A stretch of DNA of 36,161 nucleotides from contig JBHIBG010000020.1 in NCBI GenBank assembly GCA_046758965.1, forward strand, positions 1 to 36,161, given 5' to 3'. Positions 18,464-27,474 of the stretch are shown here, piece after piece. This DNA is from Candidatus Methylomirabilia bacterium (lineage in GTDB: Bacteria > Methylomirabilota > Methylomirabilia > Rokubacteriales > CSP1-6). The number at the start of each line of letters is the position of its first letter. The stretch's first letter is position 1. The translations under genes were made by a program, and so were the position numbers. Under the pieces are notes generated by a model, which saw only the letters and a list, made by a program, of their open reading frames with translations, searched no databases and was not told the origin of the DNA.

Positions 18464-19120
18464 TCACTGGGAAGGGCCGTACCTCAGGAGCTCGAACTCC
18501 CAGCCGAACTCTCGGGACTCGTACTTGATGATGAACTTCACCTCGGGGGCATACCAGTAGGTCTCATAGGCTGGGAGCGCTCGGTCGAGCCGCCGATTCG
18601 TCGTCTCGATCCGAAATGCTGCGAACGTTCCCGCCGGCACCGTGACCCGCTCGTAGGCGGTGACCTTCGCGTGCAGCGAGCGTTGCGTCACATCTTTCCC
18701 CACAGCCCGCGTATAGGAATGCTGCCATCTCTTCCCCACCAGGAGAGGGAACTTCAGCATGCCGTTGTGGGGAGTGTTTTCAATCTCTGGCCGTCCGTCG
18801 TGGCCCGCTGGACGACCCACAGACCTGACTTCCGCCAGGTCGGGCGCGTAGAGCCAGTCGAACGTCTCTCCCTTGTAGACGTTCTCGAAGACGAGCAAGC
18901 CTTCTCGTTGACCTCTGTACACGTAGTCCCACTCACCGAGCCGGGGGTTGGTGAACGTTAAGCGGTATCCGAGCTCGAACGCTGGGGGCATCACCCCAAG
19001 GCTAAGCCTTGCCTCCTTCGAGGTCTCCCGGGCAACCTCGGGTTGCGGAACGGTCGCGCAAGCGCCAGTCAACGCGATAACCAGCGCTAGACGAGGGAGA
19101 AGAATCGTTCTGGGCTTCAT
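18464..19120 (-). CDS. Hypothetical lipoprotein (beta-rich, VTVPAGTF motif)
   Basis: ATG at 19120 after GAGGGG; MKPRT + hydrophobic stretch + TGAC lipobox; ERVTVPAGTFAAFRIE...YWYAPEV as in DUF3108-like proteins. Confidence 0.75.
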   Translation of the reverse strand: MKPRTILLPRLALVIALTGACATVPQPEVARETSKEARLSLGVMPPAFELGYRLTFTNPRLGEWDYVYRGQREGLLVFENVYKGETFDWLYAPDLAEVRSVGRPAGHDGRPEIENTPHNGMLKFPLLVGKRWQHSYTRAVGKDVTQRSLHAKVTAYERVTVPAGTFAAFRIETTNRRLDRALPAYETYWYAPEVKFIIKYESREFGWEFELLRYGPSQ

Positions 19121-19490
19121 GCTGACATCCCCTCGGGGGTGCTGAAGAGCGTGTTTTTCGGAAAAGTTATAACACCTTTGTGCGGGCGGCACGAAGCTTT
19201 CCCGCCTGATCCAGCTCTCCGCCGGGAGGTTCTGGGCGGCTTAGGGGCAGCTCCGCTCTGTCAGCTGTTGTGCTAAAACTATCGAGCGCGGAGGGAGACA
19301 ACCCGTTGCAGTCAGCCGCGGGGTCTGGGGCTAACCAGTTGAAATCCTGACAGTACTGTCCGATGGTCTCGGAGACACGGAGCACCGGCGTCGGCTTGGC
19401 CGGGGCCAGGGCAGCAGCAGTCTTCTGCTCATACTCGGGGCGAGACCACGGACGAGAAACGGGGTATGATACGGGCGTTCAGGAGGGAAG

Positions 19491-20861
19491 ATGGCGCCTC
19501 GGATCCTGATTGCTGACGATGACGCGGCCTCGCGGAAGGGGTTGAGGGCGCTGCTACCCAGCTGGGGCTACGAGGTCGAGGAAGCAGCCGACGGGGAGGA
19601 GGCCTTGGAGAAGGCGGTGGCTTTCCTCCCGGCCGTGGCCATCATCGATCTCATCATGCCGAGGCTCGACGGCCTCGCGCTCCTCAAGGCCCTTCAGGCA
19701 GAGGTGCCGTTCGCGGCGGTCATTATTCTCACCGGCCACGGGACCATCGACACGGCCGTCTCCGCGATGAAGGAGGGCGCCTATGACTACCTGTCGAAGC
19801 CCGTGGACATTGCGCGGCTCAGGATTCTCCTCCAGAAGGCTCTGGAGAAAGGTGAAGCCCTTCGGGAAGTGACGCTCCTTCGCCGCCGCCTGAGAGAGGT
19901 GTGGGGAGTCGGGAAGCTGGTGGGGAAGAGCAAAGTGATGCAGGAGCTGTACCGCCTCATCGAGCTTGCCGCCCCCACACCGGCCCCGGTTCTGATCGTG
20001 GGCGAGAGCGGGACTGGCAAAGAGCTCGTGGCCCGGACCCTCCACGAGCTCTCGCCCCACCGGACTGGCCCGTTCGTGGCGGTCAACTGCTCGGCGATCC
20101 CGGAGACCCTTCTCGAGAGCGAGATCTTCGGGCATGAAAAGGGGGCATTCACAGGAGCGCTGGAGCGGCGGATCGGCTGCTTCGAGTTGGCCCACGGGGG
20201 CACGCTTTTTCTGGACGAGATCGTCGAGATGAGCCCGTCCACTCAGGCCAAATTCCTGAGGATCCTCCAGGACGGGACGGTACGACGCCTCGGGGGCAAG
20301 GCAGACATCCAGGTGGACGTGCGGGTGCTGGCCGCGACCAACAAGGATCCCACGAAGGCGATGCAGGACGGCACGTTGCGGCCGGATCTCTACTACCGCT
20401 TGAATGTCTTCACCCTCTCGCTCCCTCCGTTCAGGGAGCGGGCGGAGGACATCCCGTTGCTGATTCAGGCGTTCATCGAGGAATTCGGCGCCAAGTACGA
20501 CAAGCGGGTCGAAGCGGTCGATGAGGCAACGCTCCGAATCCTGTGCGCGCATCCCTGGCCGGGGAATGTCAGGGAGCTCCGGAACACGATTGAGCGCGCG
20601 ATCATCGCCTGCGATGGGGAGCTGATCACCCCGAAGCATCTCCCGCCGGGCCTCGGGGGTGTGGCGCATGACGAGAGTGGCGACTCCATCACCATTCCGC
20701 TTGGAACTCCGATCGATGAAGCCGAGAGGGAGCTGATTTTCAAAACGCTCGCTTCCGTCAACAACAACAAGAGGAGGGCGACCGAGATCCTCGGGATCAG
20801 CCTGAAGACCCTTCACAATAAGCTCCACAGGTACGGAGCGTCGGATGCGCTTCGGCGTTAA
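19491..20861 (+). CDS. Sigma54-dependent response regulator (NtrC/AtoC family: REC-AAA+-Fis HTH)
   Basis: ILIADDD / DLIMP receiver; GESGTGKE, intact GAFTGA, LFLDEI, WPGNVREL, LGISLKTLHNKL. RBS AGGAGG. Confidence 0.95.
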   Translation: MAPRILIADDDAASRKGLRALLPSWGYEVEEAADGEEALEKAVAFLPAVAIIDLIMPRLDGLALLKALQAEVPFAAVIILTGHGTIDTAVSAMKEGAYDYLSKPVDIARLRILLQKALEKGEALREVTLLRRRLREVWGVGKLVGKSKVMQELYRLIELAAPTPAPVLIVGESGTGKELVARTLHELSPHRTGPFVAVNCSAIPETLLESEIFGHEKGAFTGALERRIGCFELAHGGTLFLDEIVEMSPSTQAKFLRILQDGTVRRLGGKADIQVDVRVLAATNKDPTKAMQDGTLRPDLYYRLNVFTLSLPPFRERAEDIPLLIQAFIEEFGAKYDKRVEAVDEATLRILCAHPWPGNVRELRNTIERAIIACDGELITPKHLPPGLGGVAHDESGDSITIPLGTPIDEAERELIFKTLASVNNNKRRATEILGISLKTLHNKLHRYGASDALRR

Positions 20862-22638
20862 GGCGAGAGAGGTTCTCGCGATCACTCTCCTCACGTTGCT
20901 GGTGGTGGCCACCACGACCCTCATACACGTCTCTCAGCTGTCCCGCGTCGTCATCGAGGAAGCGCTGCACCAGGCAGATCTGATCGCACGGCAGATCTAT
21001 GCCCACAGTCGCCGCTCCCTCGCGCGGGACCAGGGCGAGAGCCCTCGAGGGAATCTCAGAGGGGATCGCGACCTCAGAAGTCTCCTCGACGCCAGCGTCG
21101 GCTACTCGCCACATCTCCTGTACGCGATGATTGCGGACGTGGAAGGCAACACGATCCTCCACAGCGAGCGGCAGAGGCAGGGTTCGTCGGCGCCTGAGCG
21201 GCCGGGCCTCGCCGCGCTCCTTTCCCTGGATTCGGTCGGCCGTTTCCAGGCGCTATACAAAGAGGGGAAAATCTACGAGGCCACCCTGCCCATCCAGCTC
21301 AACGGTGAGCCCTTCGGCAGCATCAGACTTGGGATCCACACCAGCTTCTTGAGGCGGGAGTTGACCGCCGCGCTCAAGCAAAGCATTGCCCTAGCGGGGC
21401 TGGCCTTGCCCGTGGCCTGGCTAGTCGCGATGGGCCTGGCCGGTGTGATGCAGAAGCGGGTCCGCACGCTTGTCCGAGAGGTGGATCGCCTCCGTCGGGG
21501 GGAGTTCGAAATGGCCAGTGACCTTGGAGGGGGTGACGAACTGGCGGAGTTGGCCTCCCAACTCCAGCTTCTCGGCCAGCAGGTGCAGTCCGACCGACTG
21601 AAGATGCAGCAAGTCGTCGATCAGCTCGAGGATGGAGTCATCTTGTTGAACCACGATCGAAAAGTGCTGTTCTTCAACAAAGGCTCAGAGGGCATCGTGG
21701 GGCGACCGCTTGAGCAGGCCGTGGGGATGCGGGTGGAGGACGTGCTGGAATCCTCCCATCCCCTCTGCCCGTTGATCGAGCGGGGCTTTGAGCAGAGGGG
21801 CGGCTTCCGGAACGCCACTATCACCCTCCCTGCAGATGGGAGATCCCGAGAGGTGATCGTTTCCTTCTTTTTGGTGGGAGACACCCAGAGAGCCACGGGG
21901 GCCATGCTTCTCCTCAAGGATCTCGACTCAATCAAGACTGTCCAGTCGCTGATTAGCTCCTCTACGAGGCTGGCGGCCCTCGGGCAGCTCACCTCCGGGG
22001 TGGCCCATGAGGTGAAGAACCCCCTGAATGCAATGATCATCCACTTGGAGCTCCTGAAGGAGAAGCTCACGGACTCACCCGGGGACGTCCAAGAGAGCCT
22101 GGAGATCATCGGGAGCGAGATCGGCCGACTGGACCGGGTGGTGCAGGGGTTTTTGAAGTTCGTTCGCCCGCACGAGCTGAGGTTGAAACCCGTAGACCTA
22201 AACGGCCTCCTGCATGAGGTCGCGTTTCTGCTGGAGGTCGAGTGGCAAAAAGAGGGCGTCCGCTTTGCGTTCGACGTGGACCGCACTATTCCCCAGATCA
22301 CGGCCGATGAGGAACTGCTCCGCCAGGCCTTTCTCAACATCGTGCTGAATGCCTGTCAGGCGATGCCGAAGGGTGGAACAGTCCGGATTACGACGGCACA
22401 GGAAGAGTGGGAGTGGGTCAGGGTGCGTATCGCCGACGAGGGAATCGGGATCCCCGCTGAGGACCTCGACAAAATTTTCAGACTGTATTATACGACGAAG
22501 CCCGGTGGAAGCGGCATCGGCCTCTCCATGGTGTATCGCATCGTGCAGATGCACGAGGGGCTCATCGACGTGGTCTCGGAGGTGGGGCGGGGTACGACCG
22601 CGATTGTCCGGCTCCCCTCACGCGAGCATCATTCGTGA
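20845..22638 (+). CDS. Membrane sensor histidine kinase (2 TM, HAMP, PAS, HisKA, HATPase)
   Basis: Two TM segments flanking a periplasmic domain; H-box AHEVKNPL; NACQAM, DEGIGI, GSGIGL. Overlaps the regulator stop. Confidence 0.93.
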   Translation: MRFGVKAREVLAITLLTLLVVATTTLIHVSQLSRVVIEEALHQADLIARQIYAHSRRSLARDQGESPRGNLRGDRDLRSLLDASVGYSPHLLYAMIADVEGNTILHSERQRQGSSAPERPGLAALLSLDSVGRFQALYKEGKIYEATLPIQLNGEPFGSIRLGIHTSFLRRELTAALKQSIALAGLALPVAWLVAMGLAGVMQKRVRTLVREVDRLRRGEFEMASDLGGGDELAELASQLQLLGQQVQSDRLKMQQVVDQLEDGVILLNHDRKVLFFNKGSEGIVGRPLEQAVGMRVEDVLESSHPLCPLIERGFEQRGGFRNATITLPADGRSREVIVSFFLVGDTQRATGAMLLLKDLDSIKTVQSLISSSTRLAALGQLTSGVAHEVKNPLNAMIIHLELLKEKLTDSPGDVQESLEIIGSEIGRLDRVVQGFLKFVRPHELRLKPVDLNGLLHEVAFLLEVEWQKEGVRFAFDVDRTIPQITADEELLRQAFLNIVLNACQAMPKGGTVRITTAQEEWEWVRVRIADEGIGIPAEDLDKIFRLYYTTKPGGSGIGLSMVYRIVQMHEGLIDVVSEVGRGTTAIVRLPSREHHS

Positions 22639-23051
22639 TCTGCGCGAACGGACGGATAAGACGGCTCGGCGCGATCATCTTCCTTGCGCTGCTCATCTCG
22701 GGCTGCGCCAAGCTAAAAGCCGTCGTAGGCCCTGCACCTCGCCTGAGTCCACCTCTACCGGCTCGCATGAAGAAGGAGCCGCCGCCAGCTGTGCTCTCCC
22801 CGACGATGAGCCAGGTGGAGGCGGATCGGCTGCAGCGTGAGGCGAGTGCGCGAATCGAAGGGGCAGAGCGGATCGCCAAGCAAGTTGATCAGGAGAAGCT
22901 CGCACCGGAGCAGCGGGAGACTTTCCTGACCATTCAGAGCTTCCTCGCTAAAGCTCGAGCCGCGGTGTCCGCGAAGGATTTCGAACGGGCCGTGAATCTC
23001 GCAGATAAGGCGCAGATCCTGGCGAACGAGCTGCCTCGGATCGCCCCGTAG
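22635..23051 (+). CDS. Small alpha-helical lipoprotein coupled to the two-component system
   Basis: GTGA overlap with the kinase stop; lipobox LISGC, Pro-rich linker, helical C-terminal domain. Confidence 0.8.
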   Translation: MICANGRIRRLGAIIFLALLISGCAKLKAVVGPAPRLSPPLPARMKKEPPPAVLSPTMSQVEADRLQREASARIEGAERIAKQVDQEKLAPEQRETFLTIQSFLAKARAAVSAKDFERAVNLADKAQILANELPRIAP

Positions 23052-23119
23052 GGGTTGCAACTCGTCCACTGTTCCCTCATACGCGCGCTCATCATCGGGT
23101 TGCTCGATGAGCATCGCCG

Positions 23120-23155
23120 TGTAAATCTTACAGCCCCTCTGGTGTAACTCTTACA
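23120..23155. promoter_or_regulatory. Tandem enhancer (UAS) palindromes TGTAA-N3-TTACA
   Basis: TGTAAATCTTACA (23120-23132) and TGTAACTCTTACA (23143-23155), 23 bp apart, about 110-150 bp upstream of a -24/-12 box. Confidence 0.75.
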
Positions 23156-23225
23156 TTCTGCCCTCTTGAGCGCTGCGCGGAGACAGCGGCACCACGCAGG
23201 CAGGCCCCGGAAGAAAAGCGCGGAA

Positions 23226-23238
23226 AATCAAGAAGTTC
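23226..23238 (+). promoter_or_regulatory. IHF-like binding site
   Basis: AATCAAGAAGTTC versus consensus WATCAANNNNTTR (1 mismatch), located between the UAS and the sigma54 box. Confidence 0.55.
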
Positions 23239-23266
23239 CTGACCGGGAACGCGGATCCCCGCTGAG

Positions 23267-23283
23267 TTGGCAGTGTGATTGCT
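23267..23283 (+). promoter_or_regulatory. sigma54 (-24/-12) promoter
   Basis: TTGGCAGTGTGATTGCT: GG-N10-GC with TGGCA and TTGC halves. Confidence 0.8.
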
Positions 23284-23355
23284 CCTCTCATGGCGAACGT
23301 CTGGAGAGGGGAAGACCCGCTGGTGGAGCTCAGGGCAGGTAGGCGGTCACCACCC

Positions 23356-23730
23356 GTGCCGAAGAAGATTCTGATCGTGGATGCGTATCCCCATAGTCTT
23401 GAGGGGTTGAAGCATTCGCTGGCGAGTACGGGAGGGAGAGTTGACACCGCCGCTGATAGCTGGGAGGCGATCAAGAAGGGGAAGGAAGGCGGTTTTGAGG
23501 TCGCCATCATTGACCTCGATCTTCCTCCGCTGCCCGGCCTGGGCCTCAACGGCTGGGATCTCGTGCGCATCCTTCGGGGCTTGAACCCGGTGACGTCCAT
23601 CATTGTGGTCAGCGCGGACGGAAGTGCGGAAGTGAGAGCGCGAGCTGCGGAGCTCAGGGTGTCGAAGTTTCTGGAGAAGCCAATCGATCTCGCGGAGCTG
23701 AAGGAACTCGTGAGGAGAGTTGGCGCGTAA
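23356..23730 (+). CDS. Single-domain response regulator (CheY-like receiver)
   Basis: KILIVDA, IIDLDLP (phospho-Asp), NGWDL, VSA, LEKP. The start must lie downstream of the sigma54 box: GTG 23323 or 23356. Confidence 0.85.
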   Translation: MPKKILIVDAYPHSLEGLKHSLASTGGRVDTAADSWEAIKKGKEGGFEVAIIDLDLPPLPGLGLNGWDLVRILRGLNPVTSIIVVSADGSAEVRARAAELRVSKFLEKPIDLAELKELVRRVGA

Positions 23731-23786
23731 TCGCGGCGGTCGGCCCTGACTGACGTGGGGTCGCAGCAATAGAAGAGCGCCTGTGA

Positions 23787-25853
23787 ATGTCACACAACAA
23801 ATGGGCTTCTTCGTGTGGAGGATGGCGCGGGAGCTGGCTCGGCCCTGCTGTCATCGCCGGAATCGCCATCGTCGGCAGTCTCGGCGTGACGGTATCGGTC
23901 CTGTGGGCGATCACGGTGCTTCCCCGCACGTTTCCTTCCGTAGCCGAGCTCCGGACAATCAGGCCGGCAGACGGGTCCCAGCTCTACGACGAGAACGACG
24001 AGCTCGTCGCGCAGCTCCAAATGAAGCGGCAGGTCGCGGTTCCTCTGGCCATGATCCCGAAGGTCCTGAGAGACGCGGTCATCGCGGTAGAGGACTCCCG
24101 CTTCTACTCTCACGTTGGCATCGACGCCATGGGAATCGCGCGCGCCATTTACCAGAACTTCCGCCACCGGCGGGTCGTGGAAGGGGGGAGCACCATCACC
24201 CAGCAGTTGGCCAGGCTCCTCTTCCTCTCCCGCGACAAGAGCTTGGCGCGGAAGGTCAAGGAAGCCCTCCTGGCCCTGGAGCTAGAGCGCCGGTACTCAA
24301 AGGATCGGATTCTGGAGATGTATCTCAATCAGGTCTACTTCAACCACGGGGCGTACGGAGTCGAGGCCGGAACGCGGACCTATTTTGGGAAGTCCGCGTC
24401 CGGGCTCTCCCTCCCCGAAGCGGCGCTCTTGGCCGGGCTGCCGCGCGCGCCGGCGCTCTACTCTCCCTTCAACCACCCCGACCGAGCCAGGCGGCGGCGA
24501 GCCCACGTGCTGGACCGAATGGTGAAGGTGGGCGCCATCACGCCCACTGAGGGGAGAGAAGCTGCAGCCGCGGACCTCGGCCTGATTCCCGAGGAGCAGC
24601 GCCGCACCACGGGGCGGTATTTCGTTGAGTACGTCCGGGGGCTGCTCGCCGAGAAGTACGGGGAAGAGATGGTGTTCAAGGGTGGGCTTCGCGTGTACAC
24701 GACGCTCTCCCCGCGCCTGCAGAGGCTGGCAGAGAAGGCCCTGCGCGGAGGGCTCGAGGCGCTCGAGTCTCGGACGGTGGGCGCACGGGCTCGGCAGCGA
24801 GGCACGTCTGGCCGCGAGCGGCCCGAGGGCGCCATCATCACGATCGAGCCGCAGACGGGCTACATCAAAGCAATGGTCGGTGGGTCCGACTTTCTCCGAA
24901 GCGAGTTCAACCGGGCCGTGCAGGCCAAGCGCCAGCCAGGCTCGGCGTTCAAGCCTTTCGTCTACCTGGCCGCGCTGGAAGCCGGACTCACACCGGCGAC
25001 GGTGATTGAGGATGACCGCGTGAGGTATCCGGCGGGGAAGAATGGCCGGCCGTGGGAGCCGGAGAACTACGACCGCACGTTCCGCGGTCCCATCACGCTC
25101 CAGCAGGGGGCGGAGGAGTCGGTGAACGTGGTGACGGTCAAGCTGCAGGAGCTGATCGGGACCGAGCAGACCATCGGCCTAGCGCGTCGCCTTGGGATCA
25201 CGAGTCCGCTCCACCGGGACCTCACGCTTGCCCTGGGGAGCTCGGATCTCTCGCTCCTCGAGCTCACCTCGGCCTACGCCGCCCTGGCTAACCAGGGCGT
25301 CTGGGTCAACCCCACACCCATCCGCCACGTTACCGACGCGCGGGGTCAGCTCTTGGAGGAGCACGTTCCGCAAGGGAAACAGGCCGTTTCACCAGAGCTG
25401 GCCTACGTCATGACGCATATGCTGATGGGGGCGGTGGAGCGGGGGACGGCCAAGGGTGCCAAGGTGCTGGGGCGTCCGATCGCCAGTAAAACAGGGACCA
25501 CCAATGACTTCTCTGACGCGTGGTTCATCGGGTACACGCCAAGTCTGGTCACGGGAGTCTGGGTCGGGTACGACCGGCCCCGGAGTCTCGGGGAGGACGA
25601 GACCGGCGCGCGCGTGGCACTCCCCATCTGGGTGAGTTACATGGGCAAGGTGCTGGCCGGGGTGCCGCGGGGGGAGTTCCCGGTTCCGGAGGGTATCGTG
25701 TTCGCCCGTGTTGACCTGGATCCGGCCGGAAGGTGCACTCGCCCGGTGGTGGTGGCCTTCCTGCGGGGCACGGAGCCCTCGACGATCTGCCGAGGCTTTC
25801 TTGACGGACTGCGTCGCCTGTTCCGACGAGCCTTCCCCTTATTCTCAGGGTGA
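23787..25853 (+). CDS. Class A penicillin-binding protein (PBP1A family, GT51 plus transpeptidase)
   Basis: N-terminal TM; EDSRFYSH, GGSTITQQL, RKVKE; SAFK (SxxK), SVN (SxN), KTGT. Confidence 0.95.
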   Translation: MSHNKWASSCGGWRGSWLGPAVIAGIAIVGSLGVTVSVLWAITVLPRTFPSVAELRTIRPADGSQLYDENDELVAQLQMKRQVAVPLAMIPKVLRDAVIAVEDSRFYSHVGIDAMGIARAIYQNFRHRRVVEGGSTITQQLARLLFLSRDKSLARKVKEALLALELERRYSKDRILEMYLNQVYFNHGAYGVEAGTRTYFGKSASGLSLPEAALLAGLPRAPALYSPFNHPDRARRRRAHVLDRMVKVGAITPTEGREAAAADLGLIPEEQRRTTGRYFVEYVRGLLAEKYGEEMVFKGGLRVYTTLSPRLQRLAEKALRGGLEALESRTVGARARQRGTSGRERPEGAIITIEPQTGYIKAMVGGSDFLRSEFNRAVQAKRQPGSAFKPFVYLAALEAGLTPATVIEDDRVRYPAGKNGRPWEPENYDRTFRGPITLQQGAEESVNVVTVKLQELIGTEQTIGLARRLGITSPLHRDLTLALGSSDLSLLELTSAYAALANQGVWVNPTPIRHVTDARGQLLEEHVPQGKQAVSPELAYVMTHMLMGAVERGTAKGAKVLGRPIASKTGTTNDFSDAWFIGYTPSLVTGVWVGYDRPRSLGEDETGARVALPIWVSYMGKVLAGVPRGEFPVPEGIVFARVDLDPAGRCTRPVVVAFLRGTEPSTICRGFLDGLRRLFRRAFPLFSG

Positions 25854-25899
25854 GCGCGAGAGAGGAAAACGCGCGGGCGCTGTGTGATAATCCACTTCA

Positions 25900-26910
25900 A
25901 TGCTTTCGCCATTCAACGACTTCGCCGTTGATCTGGGGACCGCAAACACCCTGGTGTACGTCCCGGGAGAAGGGATCGTCCTGAACGAGCCGTCGATCGT
26001 CGCCATCCACCAGGCCGACAACTCAGTTCTCGCCGTGGGCCGCGAAGCCAAGGCCATGCTGGGCCGCACTCCCGGCGAGATCGCTGCGATCCGCCCGCTC
26101 AAGGATGGAGTGATCGCCGACTTGGACGTCGCAGAAAAGATGCTCTACGCCTTTATTTCGAAGGTGCAGCGGCCCTGGATGCTGCGGCGCCCGCGGATCG
26201 TCATCGGCGTTCCCTCGGGCATCACCCAGGTGGAAAGGCGCGCGGTGCGGGAGTCGGCCTTGAAAGCCGGGGTGCGCAAGGTCTATCTGATCAAGCAGCC
26301 CGTGGCTGCGGCCATCGGTGCGGGGCTCCCGATCCAGGAGCCGAGTGGCAACATGATCGTGGACATTGGAGGTGGGACCACCGAGGTCGGCGTCATCTCC
26401 CTGGGGGTGGTGTTCTGTCAGTCCGTCCGGATCGCGGGAGACGAGATGGATGAAGCGATCATCCACTACATGAAGAAGCATTATAGTCTCCTGGTTGGGG
26501 AGCGCAGCGCCGAGGAGATCAAGATTCGGCTGGGGTCGGCGTTTCCGACGAACGGCCAGCGCCAGACGATGGAAGTGAAGGGACGCGACCTCATCGGCGG
26601 GATTCCGAAAACCATCGTCATCACCGAGGAGGAGGTGCGTGAGGCCCTCCGGGACCCGGTCCTGAGCATCGTGGACACGGTCCGGATCTGTCTCGAGCGG
26701 ACACCACCGGAGCTGGCGGCCGACATCATGGACAGAGGAATCGTCCTCACGGGAGGCGGGGCTATGCTCAAGGGCCTGGATTCCCTCCTTCGACGGGAGA
26801 CGAACCTCCCCGTCACCATCACTGACGATCCGCTCTCCTGCGTGGTCCGCGGAATCGGCCAGGTCCTGGCCGACCTGAACCTCTTCAAGAAGGTGGCGAT
26901 CTCCACCTAG
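25900..26910 (+). CDS. mreB: Rod shape-determining protein MreB (stand-alone copy, probable paralog)
   Basis: [37 protein letters not shown]. No mreC/mreD adjacent. Confidence 0.93.
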   Translation: MLSPFNDFAVDLGTANTLVYVPGEGIVLNEPSIVAIHQADNSVLAVGREAKAMLGRTPGEIAAIRPLKDGVIADLDVAEKMLYAFISKVQRPWMLRRPRIVIGVPSGITQVERRAVRESALKAGVRKVYLIKQPVAAAIGAGLPIQEPSGNMIVDIGGGTTEVGVISLGVVFCQSVRIAGDEMDEAIIHYMKKHYSLLVGERSAEEIKIRLGSAFPTNGQRQTMEVKGRDLIGGIPKTIVITEEEVREALRDPVLSIVDTVRICLERTPPELAADIMDRGIVLTGGGAMLKGLDSLLRRETNLPVTITDDPLSCVVRGIGQVLADLNLFKKVAIST

Positions 26911-27132
26911 GGATGGGGACCCTCGAGCTGGACGGAACGCTCCGGACCCCCGAACGATGTCCGGCGTGCCGCTGGGAGCCATAGGGTGACGTAATCGTGG
27001 ACGACCGCACAGGCTGCGTGGACAGATACGGCAATCGTTCCTGGCGCCCCGGGTGTATCCTGGGGCGACGTGGAGCTGTTCGGTCCTCTCCGGGCAGCGG
27101 CAGGGTCTTACTATTCGAGAGGAGGACCGGTG

Positions 27133-27342
27133 ATGGCCGAAGGTGGAAACGACAGGACCGCGTCCTGGGTGGGCTGGGCCGTGGCGTGGGGGTCCGTGCT
27201 CGTCGGCCTGGCAGCCGTGATCGTGGCTGCCAACGTGTACGGGGAGAAGACCGTGCTGCAGACGGAGCTGCGCTCGTGCCAGGCCAACTACGCCCACATC
27301 CTCAAGGAGCAGGGCAAGGCCGAAGCCCGGTTGGGGCCGTAG
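27133..27342 (+). CDS. Small hypothetical membrane protein (1 TM plus short coiled coil)
   Basis: RBS GGAGG, ATG 27133, 69 aa, hydrophobic WAVAWGSVLVGLAAVIVAA followed by a helical tail. Confidence 0.7.
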   Translation: MAEGGNDRTASWVGWAVAWGSVLVGLAAVIVAANVYGEKTVLQTELRSCQANYAHILKEQGKAEARLGP

Positions 27343-27474
27343 GAACGACCAGTGCGCTGAGGCGAGCTGTCTCGGAGTTGCTGAATCTGGGGGCCGGGCC
27401 TGCCGCTGCGCTGGCGCGGTGGGCGCAACATCAGGCCGAGGGTGAGGGGGGTTCGGGTTAAGGAGGGGAGTCGT

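Noticed and set aside
19186..19203. sigma54-like sequence CGGCACGAAGCTTTC upstream of the regulator, and CGGCAGAAGGGAGGC before rtcB
   Set aside because: The -12 halves are poor (TTTC, AGGC) and there are no supporting enhancer sites.
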